Source of the DNA: Candidatus Methylacidiphilales bacterium
Lineage (GTDB): Bacteria > Verrucomicrobiota > Verrucomicrobiia > Methylacidiphilales > CAZTYG01
NCBI GenBank assembly: GCA_033875315.1
Contig: JANRJG010000039.1
Coordinates: forward strand, 8,614-72,613
Direction: 5' to 3'
Length of the DNA: 64,000 nt
Shown here: positions 55,517 to 63,425 of the stretch, one piece after another
Layout: each line of letters opens with the position of its first letter
Position numbering within the stretch: the stretch's first letter is position 1
Translations under genes and position numbers: made by a program
Notes under the pieces: model-generated
The model's database searches: none
The model's input: the letters and a program-made list of their open reading frames with translations, nothing else
Told to the model about the DNA's origin: nothing

Positions 55517-56419
55517 ATGATGCTTTTGGATCGTGGACGGACCATTTGGGGCCTGCTGGTTCTCTTGCCTCTGATTGTCACAGCTGCTCCTGCGGAAAAA
55601 ACGGCCAGTGGCGACTTGCAGCGCTTCGAGGGCTGCACGTTGATCGAAGTTGATTGGTCCGATGGGGACAGCTTCCCGGTGCGGTTGCCCGACGGCCGGG
55701 AGCAGACGGTGCGGCTTTACGGTGCGGATTGTATGGAATGGCATGTGAAGGACGACTCCGATGCCCGGCGACTGAGGACCCAGCGGCGTTATTTCGGCCT
55801 GGCTTCGGGACCGGCCGAAGCCTCCATTGCCCGGGCCAAGGGCTTTGGCGCGGAGGCGGCGTCGCGGGTGAAGACACTTCTGGCCAAACCTTTTGTCATC
55901 CACACGGCCTTCGCCGACGGGCGGGGGGACAGCCACTACTCACGCGTTTACGCCTTTGTGGAGACGGCGGAGAAACGGGACCTGGCCGCACAATTGGTCG
56001 AGGAAGGACTGGCGAGGGCCTTCGGGGTTTATCGCCAGACGCCGGACCGGCTTTCGGCGGATGATTACCGCGAACACTTGCGGGATCTGGAACTGGCCGC
56101 GGCGGCGGAGAAGCGCGGGATCTGGGCCTTGACGAACTGGACCGAGTTGCCCAAGGAACGCCTGGCCGAGCGCCAGGAGGATGCCGAATTGGATCTGGCC
56201 ACCGGCAGCGGGAAAAAATCCCCCGCGCAACCGGTCAACCCCAACTCGGCGTCGCGGGATGAGTTGATGGCCTTGCCGGGAATCGGCGAGGCCATGGCCC
56301 TGCGCATCATCGAGGAACGCGCCAAGGGACCCTTCAAGAACCCGGAGGAACTCACCCGGGTGCGCGGCATCAGTCCGGCGACGCTGGAAAAACTGCGGCC
56401 GCTGCTGGTATTCCGCTAG
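55517..56419 (+). CDS. secreted thermonuclease (SNase)-like domain fused to ComEA-type helix-hairpin-helix DNA-binding domain
   Basis: It has a signal peptide, DGDSFPVRLPDGREQTVRLYGADCMEW (SNase-like) and a C-terminal VNPNSASRDELMALPGIGEAMALRII...VRGISPATLEKL (ComEA HhH). Confidence 0.7.
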   Translation: MMLLDRGRTIWGLLVLLPLIVTAAPAEKTASGDLQRFEGCTLIEVDWSDGDSFPVRLPDGREQTVRLYGADCMEWHVKDDSDARRLRTQRRYFGLASGPAEASIARAKGFGAEAASRVKTLLAKPFVIHTAFADGRGDSHYSRVYAFVETAEKRDLAAQLVEEGLARAFGVYRQTPDRLSADDYREHLRDLELAAAAEKRGIWALTNWTELPKERLAERQEDAELDLATGSGKKSPAQPVNPNSASRDELMALPGIGEAMALRIIEERAKGPFKNPEELTRVRGISPATLEKLRPLLVFR

Positions 56420-57432
56420 GTCTTCGTGCTCCAAGCGGCCAGCGCCTCGACCCATTTCGGGTGTTCATTGAGGCAGGGAATGAGACGGAATTCCTCGCCG
56501 CCGTGTTCGAGGAAATTGTCGCGGCCTTCCATGCCGATTTCCTCGATGGTTTCCAGGCAGTCGGAGACAAAGGCCGGGCAGGCCACGACCAGCTTCTTGA
56601 CCCCGCTCTGCGCCAGCTGGGTGATGGTCTGGTCGGTGTAGGGCACGCACCATTCCTCGCTGCCGAGGCGGGATTGGAAAGAGGTGGTGTATTGGTCCTC
56701 CCGCAGCCCAAGGCGTTGGACCATGGACCTGGTGGTGTGGACACTTTGGTGGCGGTAACAGACCTTGTGTACGGCGGAGGCCACGTTGCAACAATCCTCG
56801 ACCTTCATGCAGTGGGCCTTGGAGGGATCGCCTTTCCACAGGTGCCGTTTGGGGATGCCGTGGTAGCTGAAAAGGAAATGGTCCCAGGGTTGTTCCAAGT
56901 GGGGACGGATCGAGGCCTCCAGGGCGTCGAGGTATAGAGGGTCGTCGTAGAAAGGGTCGATGACCGTGAGTTTCACCTTCGATCCGAGTTCCTTCATGAC
57001 TTCGCGGGCTTTGACCACCACGGTCTCGAAAGAGGACATGGCGTAGTGGGGGTAGAGCGGGATCATGAAGATTTCCTCCAGCGAAGAATCGCCGAGCAAT
57101 TCTTCCAGTCCGTGACGGATGGAGGGATTTCCGTAGCGCATGCCCAGGCCGACCTTGAGGGGGATTTTTTCCGCGAGGTGTTTTTGCAGTTTTTTGCTGG
57201 TGACGACGAGCGGTGAACCTTCCGGGGTCCAGATGTTTTCGTAGGCGTGGGCGGATTTTTTCGGGCGGAAGGGAAGGATGAAGCAGCTCAGGATGATCCG
57301 GCGGAGCAACCAGGGCACGTCGATGACCCGGTCGTCCATGAGAAACTCATTCAGGTAGCGGCGGACATCGGGGATGGAAGTGGAATCGGGGGACCCCAGG
57401 TTGACCAGGAAAACGGCACGGCGGGAAGACAT
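56416..57432 (-). CDS. hemH: ferrochelatase
   Basis: AVFLVNLGSPDS, LYPHYAMSS and FSYHGIP are present, plus a C-terminal acidic region. Confidence 0.93.
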   Translation of the reverse strand: MSSRRAVFLVNLGSPDSTSIPDVRRYLNEFLMDDRVIDVPWLLRRIILSCFILPFRPKKSAHAYENIWTPEGSPLVVTSKKLQKHLAEKIPLKVGLGMRYGNPSIRHGLEELLGDSSLEEIFMIPLYPHYAMSSFETVVVKAREVMKELGSKVKLTVIDPFYDDPLYLDALEASIRPHLEQPWDHFLFSYHGIPKRHLWKGDPSKAHCMKVEDCCNVASAVHKVCYRHQSVHTTRSMVQRLGLREDQYTTSFQSRLGSEEWCVPYTDQTITQLAQSGVKKLVVACPAFVSDCLETIEEIGMEGRDNFLEHGGEEFRLIPCLNEHPKWVEALAAWSTKT

Positions 57433-57523
57433 GGTGGAAACAGGCTAAAAGGAGTTTTCAGAAATGCGAACCGGGAAATGTACGGTCGGGGCCGGGGGGG
57501 CACTTTGTTTTCGTGCTGTATGT

Positions 57524-58111
57524 TCAGGGGTTTTCGTAGCTCATGCGGGTGAGGAGGCGTTCGAGTGCACGGCGAAGGGCCTGATTGATGGGGAAACGGT
57601 CGAAGCCGATTTCGGGATGCAGGGCCCAGAGGGCATCGGTGGCCTCGGTGTAGAGCGGTGGGCGCAATTCCCCGCGCGCCACCCGCAGGGTGGATTCGCT
57701 CACGGCAGTGGGGCAGGTTTGCTGGTGGATGCGGCAGGCAGTGAATTGGGGAGTGCCGTTTTGGTCGCGTCGGCCGGCAAAGCCAAAGAGGCGGCAGAGG
57801 AGGGGGCGCTGGGCATACTGCCCGCAGCGTCCCGCCGTATCCGATCCGGCGACGGGCTCGAAGAACACGCAGGTGGTGGCGTCCGGATGCTCGTGCAATT
57901 GGCGCAAGGTCGCTTCGGCTTTACCGGTTCGCACCAGGTGATCGGCCATCGGGAGCATCTCCAATTCCGAGGCTTCCACCTCCGGCGAGTGGCAACAGGC
58001 CCCGCAACCGGGCGGGCAGGTGATCCCCGAAGCGCGGGCGAAGGCTTCAGTGGCCTGGTCCGTTTGGGAAAACAGCGCACGTAGATCGCACAGGAGCGCA
58101 TTCATGATCAT
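57524..58111 (-). CDS. YkgJ-family Cys-cluster (CxxCxxCC) protein
   Basis: CPPGCGACCHSPEV is the UPF0153/YkgJ zinc/iron-chelating motif. Additional Cys residues lie downstream. Confidence 0.7.
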   Translation of the reverse strand: MIMNALLCDLRALFSQTDQATEAFARASGITCPPGCGACCHSPEVEASELEMLPMADHLVRTGKAEATLRQLHEHPDATTCVFFEPVAGSDTAGRCGQYAQRPLLCRLFGFAGRRDQNGTPQFTACRIHQQTCPTAVSESTLRVARGELRPPLYTEATDALWALHPEIGFDRFPINQALRRALERLLTRMSYENP

Positions 58112-58171
58112 GCAGGGTAATGCAACTTTGGCGGGATTCGAGCGCGTAGTGGGTGCCCGGTGTTGGATTGT

Positions 58172-59263
58172 TCAAAGGAAGGGCTGGCAAATCCGGCGGG
58201 CCAGACCGGGTCGTTGGCCCAGCCACCGGACGGTCCGGCAGCCCCAGGATGGATGAATGCCTAGCCATCGGGTAAGAGCATTCTGCCAGGAGAGGCCGCG
58301 ATACAGGGCGAGGTGAGCGGCTTGGTATTCGAGGGAAAGACGGTCGATGGTTTGATGGTGGACGGCTTGGGCGCTCAATTTTCCTGCCAACTCGCCGGAG
58401 GCCAGGGCCAGGGCGATGCCTTCGCCGGTGAAGGGTTCGACCACCCGGGCGGCGTCCCCGACGAGCAGGATGTTTCCCGACGATGGCCGAGCCGGGGCGC
58501 GGGCGATGGGGTGGACGCTGTGCCAATCGAGGTCTCCGCTCCCGGGGAAGTAGCGCGCGGCGATTTCCGAGGGATGGACGCCGGAGTCGGTACGCAGGAC
58601 CATGCAGAGGTTGGCCGGACCGGTGCCGTTGCGGGCAAGCCCGAAGTAGCCCTCGGGGAAAAAAGTCATGTGCACGGCATCGTCGGCCCCCGGGCAGTCG
58701 AGGGAGGTCTGCCAGGCCACGCGCGGACAGCGCGGATTCGGACGGGAAAGTCCGGAGACGCGCGCGAGCCAGGAGTTGCGTCCGTCGGCACCGACCAGGA
58801 CCTTTCCCCGGAATTCACCCCGGTCGGTCAGCAGCGTACCGTTTTTTTCCAGGGAAAGAGAAAGGGGCGTGGTTTCGGTGAAGTAGGAAGCGCCCGCCTG
58901 TTGTGCCTCCTTCATGAGCCAGTGGTCGAGATTTTCGCGGGACACCGCACGCTGTCCGTCGGGGTGTGCGCTGCGGACAAACTCCAAGGGGTTGTTGAAA
59001 TCGGAGGAAAGACGCAGCCGGGTCAGCGGTTGATGGGGAAGGAGGGAGAACGAGGTGTCGAGCCCTTGGCGGCGGAAGATATCCCAAACGCTTGGGTGGA
59101 GACAATCGCCGCAGATTTTGGGCCGGGGGAAACGGGCCTTGTCGATGACGGCCACCGACAGGCCGGCCCGTGCGGCGACGAGCGCGGCCATCGATCCGGC
59201 CGGTCCGGCGCCGAGGATGAGCAGGTCGTGATGGAGGGGCGCATTCATGCCTTGTGCCACCAC
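58172..59263 (-). CDS. FAD-dependent oxidoreductase, geranylgeranyl reductase-like
   Basis: It has DLLILGAGPAGSMAALVAA (the GxGxxG motif), ICGDCL and LVGDAARVVEPFTGEGI. Confidence 0.8.
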   Translation of the reverse strand: MVAQGMNAPLHHDLLILGAGPAGSMAALVAARAGLSVAVIDKARFPRPKICGDCLHPSVWDIFRRQGLDTSFSLLPHQPLTRLRLSSDFNNPLEFVRSAHPDGQRAVSRENLDHWLMKEAQQAGASYFTETTPLSLSLEKNGTLLTDRGEFRGKVLVGADGRNSWLARVSGLSRPNPRCPRVAWQTSLDCPGADDAVHMTFFPEGYFGLARNGTGPANLCMVLRTDSGVHPSEIAARYFPGSGDLDWHSVHPIARAPARPSSGNILLVGDAARVVEPFTGEGIALALASGELAGKLSAQAVHHQTIDRLSLEYQAAHLALYRGLSWQNALTRWLGIHPSWGCRTVRWLGQRPGLARRICQPFL

Positions 59264-59949
59264 AAGGCCTGGCGGAACCAGGGGAGGGGGCGGTGCTGCG
59301 CGGATTTCCAGCCGGCCCGGTGGGCCAATGCGGCGAATTCCCCTCTATTCCACGCCCTGCGCACGGACAGGAGGGCGTCGTGGCGGGTGATGGGGTCGTT
59401 CAGCCAGTACCGCACCACCAACCAGACTCCGGCATAGCCCATGGGGTTGCGTTCGAGGTCGCTGACCACGACCAGACGCCGTGCGATCCGTGCCAATTCG
59501 CGCAGGACGGTCACGGCTTCGTCATCCGGGAAGTGGTGCAGGGCGAGGTGGCAGGTGACGAGGTCGAAGCTTTCATCGGGGAAAGGCAGGGCGCGCAGGT
59601 CGGCCGATTGGAAGTCGATGGTTGGATCAGCGGCGTGCTCCCGGGCCAATTCCAGGGTGGTGGGGTGGAGGTCGATGGCGACGCTTCGTCTGGGGGCGAG
59701 AATGTCGTGCTGGAGTTTGGTTAGGTCGCCCCCGCCGCAGGCGGCATCAAGGACCGACATGACCGGTGCGGGAAGCGATTGCGCCAGCCTGCAGGCGAAG
59801 CGGGCGGCGCCGAGTCCGCCGAAACAACGGTTGAGCGTGCGCAGGTTCTCGAGGTCGCGCTTGAGGACGTCCGGGACAACATCGGGCCGGTCCATTTCCT
59901 CGACACAGCCGGGGTCATAAAAGCGGCTGCGCAGATTGGGGAATGCCAT
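59245..59949 (-). CDS. class I SAM-dependent methyltransferase
   Basis: VLDAACGGGDL is motif I, with FDLVTCHLALHHF also present. It overlaps the downstream oxidoreductase by 19 nt. Confidence 0.8.
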   Translation of the reverse strand: MAFPNLRSRFYDPGCVEEMDRPDVVPDVLKRDLENLRTLNRCFGGLGAARFACRLAQSLPAPVMSVLDAACGGGDLTKLQHDILAPRRSVAIDLHPTTLELAREHAADPTIDFQSADLRALPFPDESFDLVTCHLALHHFPDDEAVTVLRELARIARRLVVVSDLERNPMGYAGVWLVVRYWLNDPITRHDALLSVRRAWNRGEFAALAHRAGWKSAQHRPLPWFRQALWWHKA

Positions 59950-60002
59950 GCCCGAAGGTAGCCGCTTTTTTCAATTAGGCGAGGCGAAGGCCGCGGACGG
60001 GT

Positions 60003-61067
60003 CTACATGAAGAAATTGCCCTGGAGCTTGAAGTCGTCGCTGAATTTCTTCCGTCCTTCCACCGTTTCCAAGTGGTGGAAGAATTCGTCGGCCTGTTCGA
60101 AGAGGTGGCCCTTCTCGATGTAGCTGTCGGTGGTGAAGGGGCTGAACCCTTTGGGGAAAATCATGTAGCGCGCCTTCATGTAATCGCGCGCGTGGCCGAG
60201 TTCGTCCATCATCCCGGCGGAGAGCGGCGGGCGTTCCGGATAGGGGTGGATGGCCACCACCGCGTGGACCTTGCCGACATACCAGTGGAGGTCGCGGTGC
60301 ACGGTGTAGGCGTAGATGGCCTCGCGGTTGGCCTGGGTTTCCTGGTCGTAGTTGGTGCCGATTTCGACGGTTTGCGGATCAATGACCACGGCGTAGTCGC
60401 GCAGGCGGTCGATGACCTTGTTGACCTCCAGGCGCATATCCGGGGTGGCGTAGGTCATGGAGTAGCTGGCGTAGACGACCCAGGGGTTGGGGTAGGCGGT
60501 CAGTTTGTACAGGCACTCGGGGGGTTCACCGGTGGCGACGACGTAGTGCGGCACGCCCATGTATTTGGCCCAATCTTCCGACAAGCTGACTTCCTCATGC
60601 ATCCAGGAGAGGATTTCGTAGAGGGTGTGGCTCCGGTCCTTGAGCGACTGGAGGAAGGGGTCGTCCACCTGGGGGCTCTCCAGCTTGGCTTTGATGAGCC
60701 ACTCGGCGTCGATGAGAGTGACGATGAGGTCCGGCCGTATGAAGTCGCGGATGTAGCGTTGGTCCTTGAACTTGCGGTTGATGCGGTTCCACTCGACGGT
60801 GGCGGGGGCGCGGACGATGACGTCCTGATACTTGTGCTTCTCGATTTCGAAGCCGATGCGTTCGTATTCTCGCTCGCGGGTCAGTTCGAAGACATAGTCG
60901 GTGGTGCCGAGGAGGCGTTCGAGGGGTTTTTTGCCCGCCTTGGTGAAGGCCTCGACCGCATTGAAAACCTTGATGTCGCGGTGGTTTTTTTGGCCGAGGG
61001 CGACGACCTTGTTGAGGTATTCGGCATCATCCATGCCGGCAATCATGCCTGTGACGAGTACGCGCAT
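60003..61067 (-). CDS. two-domain protein of unknown function; C-terminal half resembles the nucleoside 2-deoxyribosyltransferase-like (NDT/LOG/TIR-related) fold
   Basis: It starts at MRVLVTGMIAGMD. The C-terminal pattern WVVYASYSM...VHRDLHWYVGKVHAVVAIHP...SAGMMDELGHARDYMKARYMIFP fits the beta1 / D / S-x-G-x-x-E-x-G-x-A layout of NDT-like domains. The N-terminal half is not recognised and has no Walker A motif. Confidence 0.55.
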   Translation of the reverse strand: MRVLVTGMIAGMDDAEYLNKVVALGQKNHRDIKVFNAVEAFTKAGKKPLERLLGTTDYVFELTREREYERIGFEIEKHKYQDVIVRAPATVEWNRINRKFKDQRYIRDFIRPDLIVTLIDAEWLIKAKLESPQVDDPFLQSLKDRSHTLYEILSWMHEEVSLSEDWAKYMGVPHYVVATGEPPECLYKLTAYPNPWVVYASYSMTYATPDMRLEVNKVIDRLRDYAVVIDPQTVEIGTNYDQETQANREAIYAYTVHRDLHWYVGKVHAVVAIHPYPERPPLSAGMMDELGHARDYMKARYMIFPKGFSPFTTDSYIEKGHLFEQADEFFHHLETVEGRKKFSDDFKLQGNFFM

Positions 61068-61142
61068 ATGTGAGTTCCGAAGCTTAGCGTGCCTTATCCG
61101 CACCGCAAGAAGGGTGTGGGATAAAGATTCGTTACGATAGCA

Positions 61143-61547
61143 CTACAATTTGGACATTTTCGATTTGGTGGTTTCAATAATCCAACCGAATGGGCGGGTT
61201 TCCTCACGGGATAGTCTCTTGATTTCATCCCACCATTTCATAGTCAGTCGGATGATATCCCAATAGGACCAGCCCATCTTTTTTGGGGGTTTAATGAAAA
61301 ACACGCCCACTTTGTGGGTTTGGCAAAGCTGCCACTGGGCATGGGTTCGGTGGATGTTGATATCCTGGGTGATGATGACTCCGTGGCGTTTGGCTACCTC
61401 GGGAATCCAATCTTCATCTGCCGCTCCCCGGTCGAATTCCTCCACGACCGAGCAAACTTCAAAATCCTCCCCTTTACGGCCTTCTTGGAAGGTCCGAAAT
61501 CCGGCGATTAAATGGGGAGAAAAATTTTCGTCGAAATAAACTCTCAT
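61143..61547 (-). CDS. DUF5615-type PIN-like (Mut7-C-like) putative toxin
   Basis: It starts at MRVYFDENFSPHLIAGF and has ADEDWIPEVAKRHGVIITQD. The gene is AT-richer. The start overlaps the upstream stop by 4 nt. Confidence 0.7.
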   Translation of the reverse strand: MRVYFDENFSPHLIAGFRTFQEGRKGEDFEVCSVVEEFDRGAADEDWIPEVAKRHGVIITQDINIHRTHAQWQLCQTHKVGVFFIKPPKKMGWSYWDIIRLTMKWWDEIKRLSREETRPFGWIIETTKSKMSKL

Positions 61548-62242
61548 GCAGCCTGGCGGGTTTCGAACCGCCAAGCTTCCTGCACCGCGCCAGGGTCCAG
61601 ACGGAAATCATCAGCGATGTCTTCAATTTTTTCTCCGCCCTTGATCAAGGAGGCGAGAGCTTCCGTGGTGATATTGGTTCCGCATACCACAGGACGGCCA
61701 AAAGCATGTCTGGGATCAACCACAATCTGGTGATCGCGTCCCATGGGAAAATAGCGGGCGGCCAATCGTGTGGAGGCATCAAAGTCGATCCGGTGACAAA
61801 ACGGACCGATCAGGGCTTCAAAAGCCACCTGTCCTCCGGAACCCAGTTCGAGCAAGACTTGATGGCCCATCTCTTTCAGCAATCGGCGTTTGTCGGTCAT
61901 CAAACCCTGGAGGGCGAACGGGTAGGGAGTCTGGAAACGGGAACCCAGTTCCTTGCGGGCTTGGCGGAGGGTGGTCATGGACACGCCGTGACCCCGAAGC
62001 TGGGCGATGGAGAATAACTCGATCAAAGTGAAGAAGTTGAAATGTCGGTCCCGACCCTCACCCCGGGTGGAAAATTCCCCGGCTGGCAAGCGGCGCGAGG
62101 AGGCGACTGAACCTTCTACGGGCCTCAAGGAAGTGCCCCGAACCCACGAACGGAGGCGGGCAAGGGGGAGCCCGAGCAAACGCGCGGCATCCGGCAGTGT
62201 GTAGGCGCCGGAACTGAGAGTGGGTGTTGGAAGGGAGACCAT
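61544..62242 (-). CDS. DUF433 domain protein with N-terminal HTH (putative antitoxin)
   Basis: The N-terminus has YTLPDAARLLGLPLARLRSWV (HTH). The C-terminus has FGRPVVCGTNITTEALASLIKGGEKIEDIADDFRL (DUF433 pattern). Confidence 0.7.
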   Translation of the reverse strand: MVSLPTPTLSSGAYTLPDAARLLGLPLARLRSWVRGTSLRPVEGSVASSRRLPAGEFSTRGEGRDRHFNFFTLIELFSIAQLRGHGVSMTTLRQARKELGSRFQTPYPFALQGLMTDKRRLLKEMGHQVLLELGSGGQVAFEALIGPFCHRIDFDASTRLAARYFPMGRDHQIVVDPRHAFGRPVVCGTNITTEALASLIKGGEKIEDIADDFRLDPGAVQEAWRFETRQAA

Positions 62243-62251
62243 TGCTGTTAC

Positions 62252-62280
62252 AATCTAGAAGATTGGCTTCGAGTAGACAA
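62252..62280 (-). promoter_or_regulatory. candidate sigma70-type promoter of the DUF433/DUF5615 pair
   Basis: The minus strand reads TTGTCT-17 nt-TAGATT, ending 9 nt before the ATG at 62242, so the leader would be very short. Confidence 0.3.
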
Positions 62281-62328
62281 GAAAACCTGTAAATAGCACG
62301 CCTTGAATAGGATACAAGTGAAGGGAGG

Positions 62329-63000
62329 CTAGCGCTCTGCTTTGATGTTGAATGGCGGGGCGTATTTGGCGATCAATTTGATTTCAAGAAGGTCTCGGTC
62401 TGCAACCAGGCTTATGCCGTTATTCTTGAGTGTAGTTATTTCATCGTCGTGCTTGTGCTCCAGGTAAAATACGGCCCCCCATTTGGAAAGAAGATGCTTG
62501 GCTCTATGTAAATGGCTTTTGCTGACCCCATGCGAAGATTGACCGGACAGTCCCCTGAGAACTTGGTTGGTGGTCGCTCGAACATTTTCAGACAAATGGC
62601 CCTTCAGGCGTTTCTTTAGATTGGATGTTTTGCCAACGTAGATGACACCGCCAGCACCTTTACGTAGTGGGTTCGCGGTGTAGCTGAATTGAAACTGGAT
62701 TTGCTTTTTGTTGGCCTTCTTTCCACTGGTTCGGCCATGAAGAATGATAATTTTTGATTTGGGGAGTTCAGATATAGGGAATACAAAAACATAAATGCCG
62801 GGATAGCTTGGCACATCAGCTAAATCTGTAATGGATGTCTCCCTCCAAGTGGAGTTCGCTTTGCCAAGTGACGCCACAAATCGGTCAAGATTCGGGCTGA
62901 GTGTGGTAGTTGCTCGCGTGGCGGCGATGTTTCCGGAAGCCATATAGTCAATTTGGCCGTTTTTCGATGAGATAAAACTTGGGTTTTCCGAAGAACTCAT
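62329..63000 (-). CDS. GIY-YIG domain nuclease (putative)
   Basis: It has PGIYVFVF, then an insert of about 40 aa, then GVIYVGKTSNLKKRLKGH, and a C-terminal DRDLLEIKLIAKYAPPFN (conserved Glu/Asn). An alternative start at 62943 (MASGN) would remove the 53-nt overlap with the upstream gene. Confidence 0.65.
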   Translation of the reverse strand: MSSSENPSFISSKNGQIDYMASGNIAATRATTTLSPNLDRFVASLGKANSTWRETSITDLADVPSYPGIYVFVFPISELPKSKIIILHGRTSGKKANKKQIQFQFSYTANPLRKGAGGVIYVGKTSNLKKRLKGHLSENVRATTNQVLRGLSGQSSHGVSKSHLHRAKHLLSKWGAVFYLEHKHDDEITTLKNNGISLVADRDLLEIKLIAKYAPPFNIKAER

Positions 63001-63418
63001 CTGTAAGTTTGTCGTTTACCTCTTTAAACCAAGTGTGCAGAAGGTTGCGGAATTCGGTGTCGGATTCACCGACGACGACCAGATAGACAGGTCCGACGTC
63101 TTTATTGACCCATTTCTGTTTGTAACGTTCCATTTGCCCGATGCAGCGGTCGAATTCAGCCACGCTATCAGACTCGAACGCCAGTTTGAGTTCGATGACG
63201 TGGGAATCTTGGATAACTAGATCGGCCTTGCCTTTGGCGATGCCGTATTGGGCAACTATGGGAACATCAAGAAGCTGGACTTGAAGCCAGGATTGGAGTT
63301 CCTGTTCGTATTGCTTTTCACTCAATCCGAAGACTGAGGGCTTCCATTTCTTCAGAAGACGTTCAATGCACTGATTGTCGTCCTCGAGCAACTGGGTATA
63401 GCGAGAAATCTTTTTCAT
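62948..63418 (-). CDS. small PD-(D/E)xK-like protein (putative)
   Basis: It starts at MKKISRYTQLLEDD. The candidate motif is helix EQELQSWL followed by GKADLVIQDSHVIELKL (D...E-x-K). The assignment rests on the motif only. Confidence 0.5.
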   Translation of the reverse strand: MKKISRYTQLLEDDNQCIERLLKKWKPSVFGLSEKQYEQELQSWLQVQLLDVPIVAQYGIAKGKADLVIQDSHVIELKLAFESDSVAEFDRCIGQMERYKQKWVNKDVGPVYLVVVGESDTEFRNLLHTWFKEVNDKLTDEFFGKPKFYLIEKRPN

Positions 63419-63425
63419 CGTTCGA

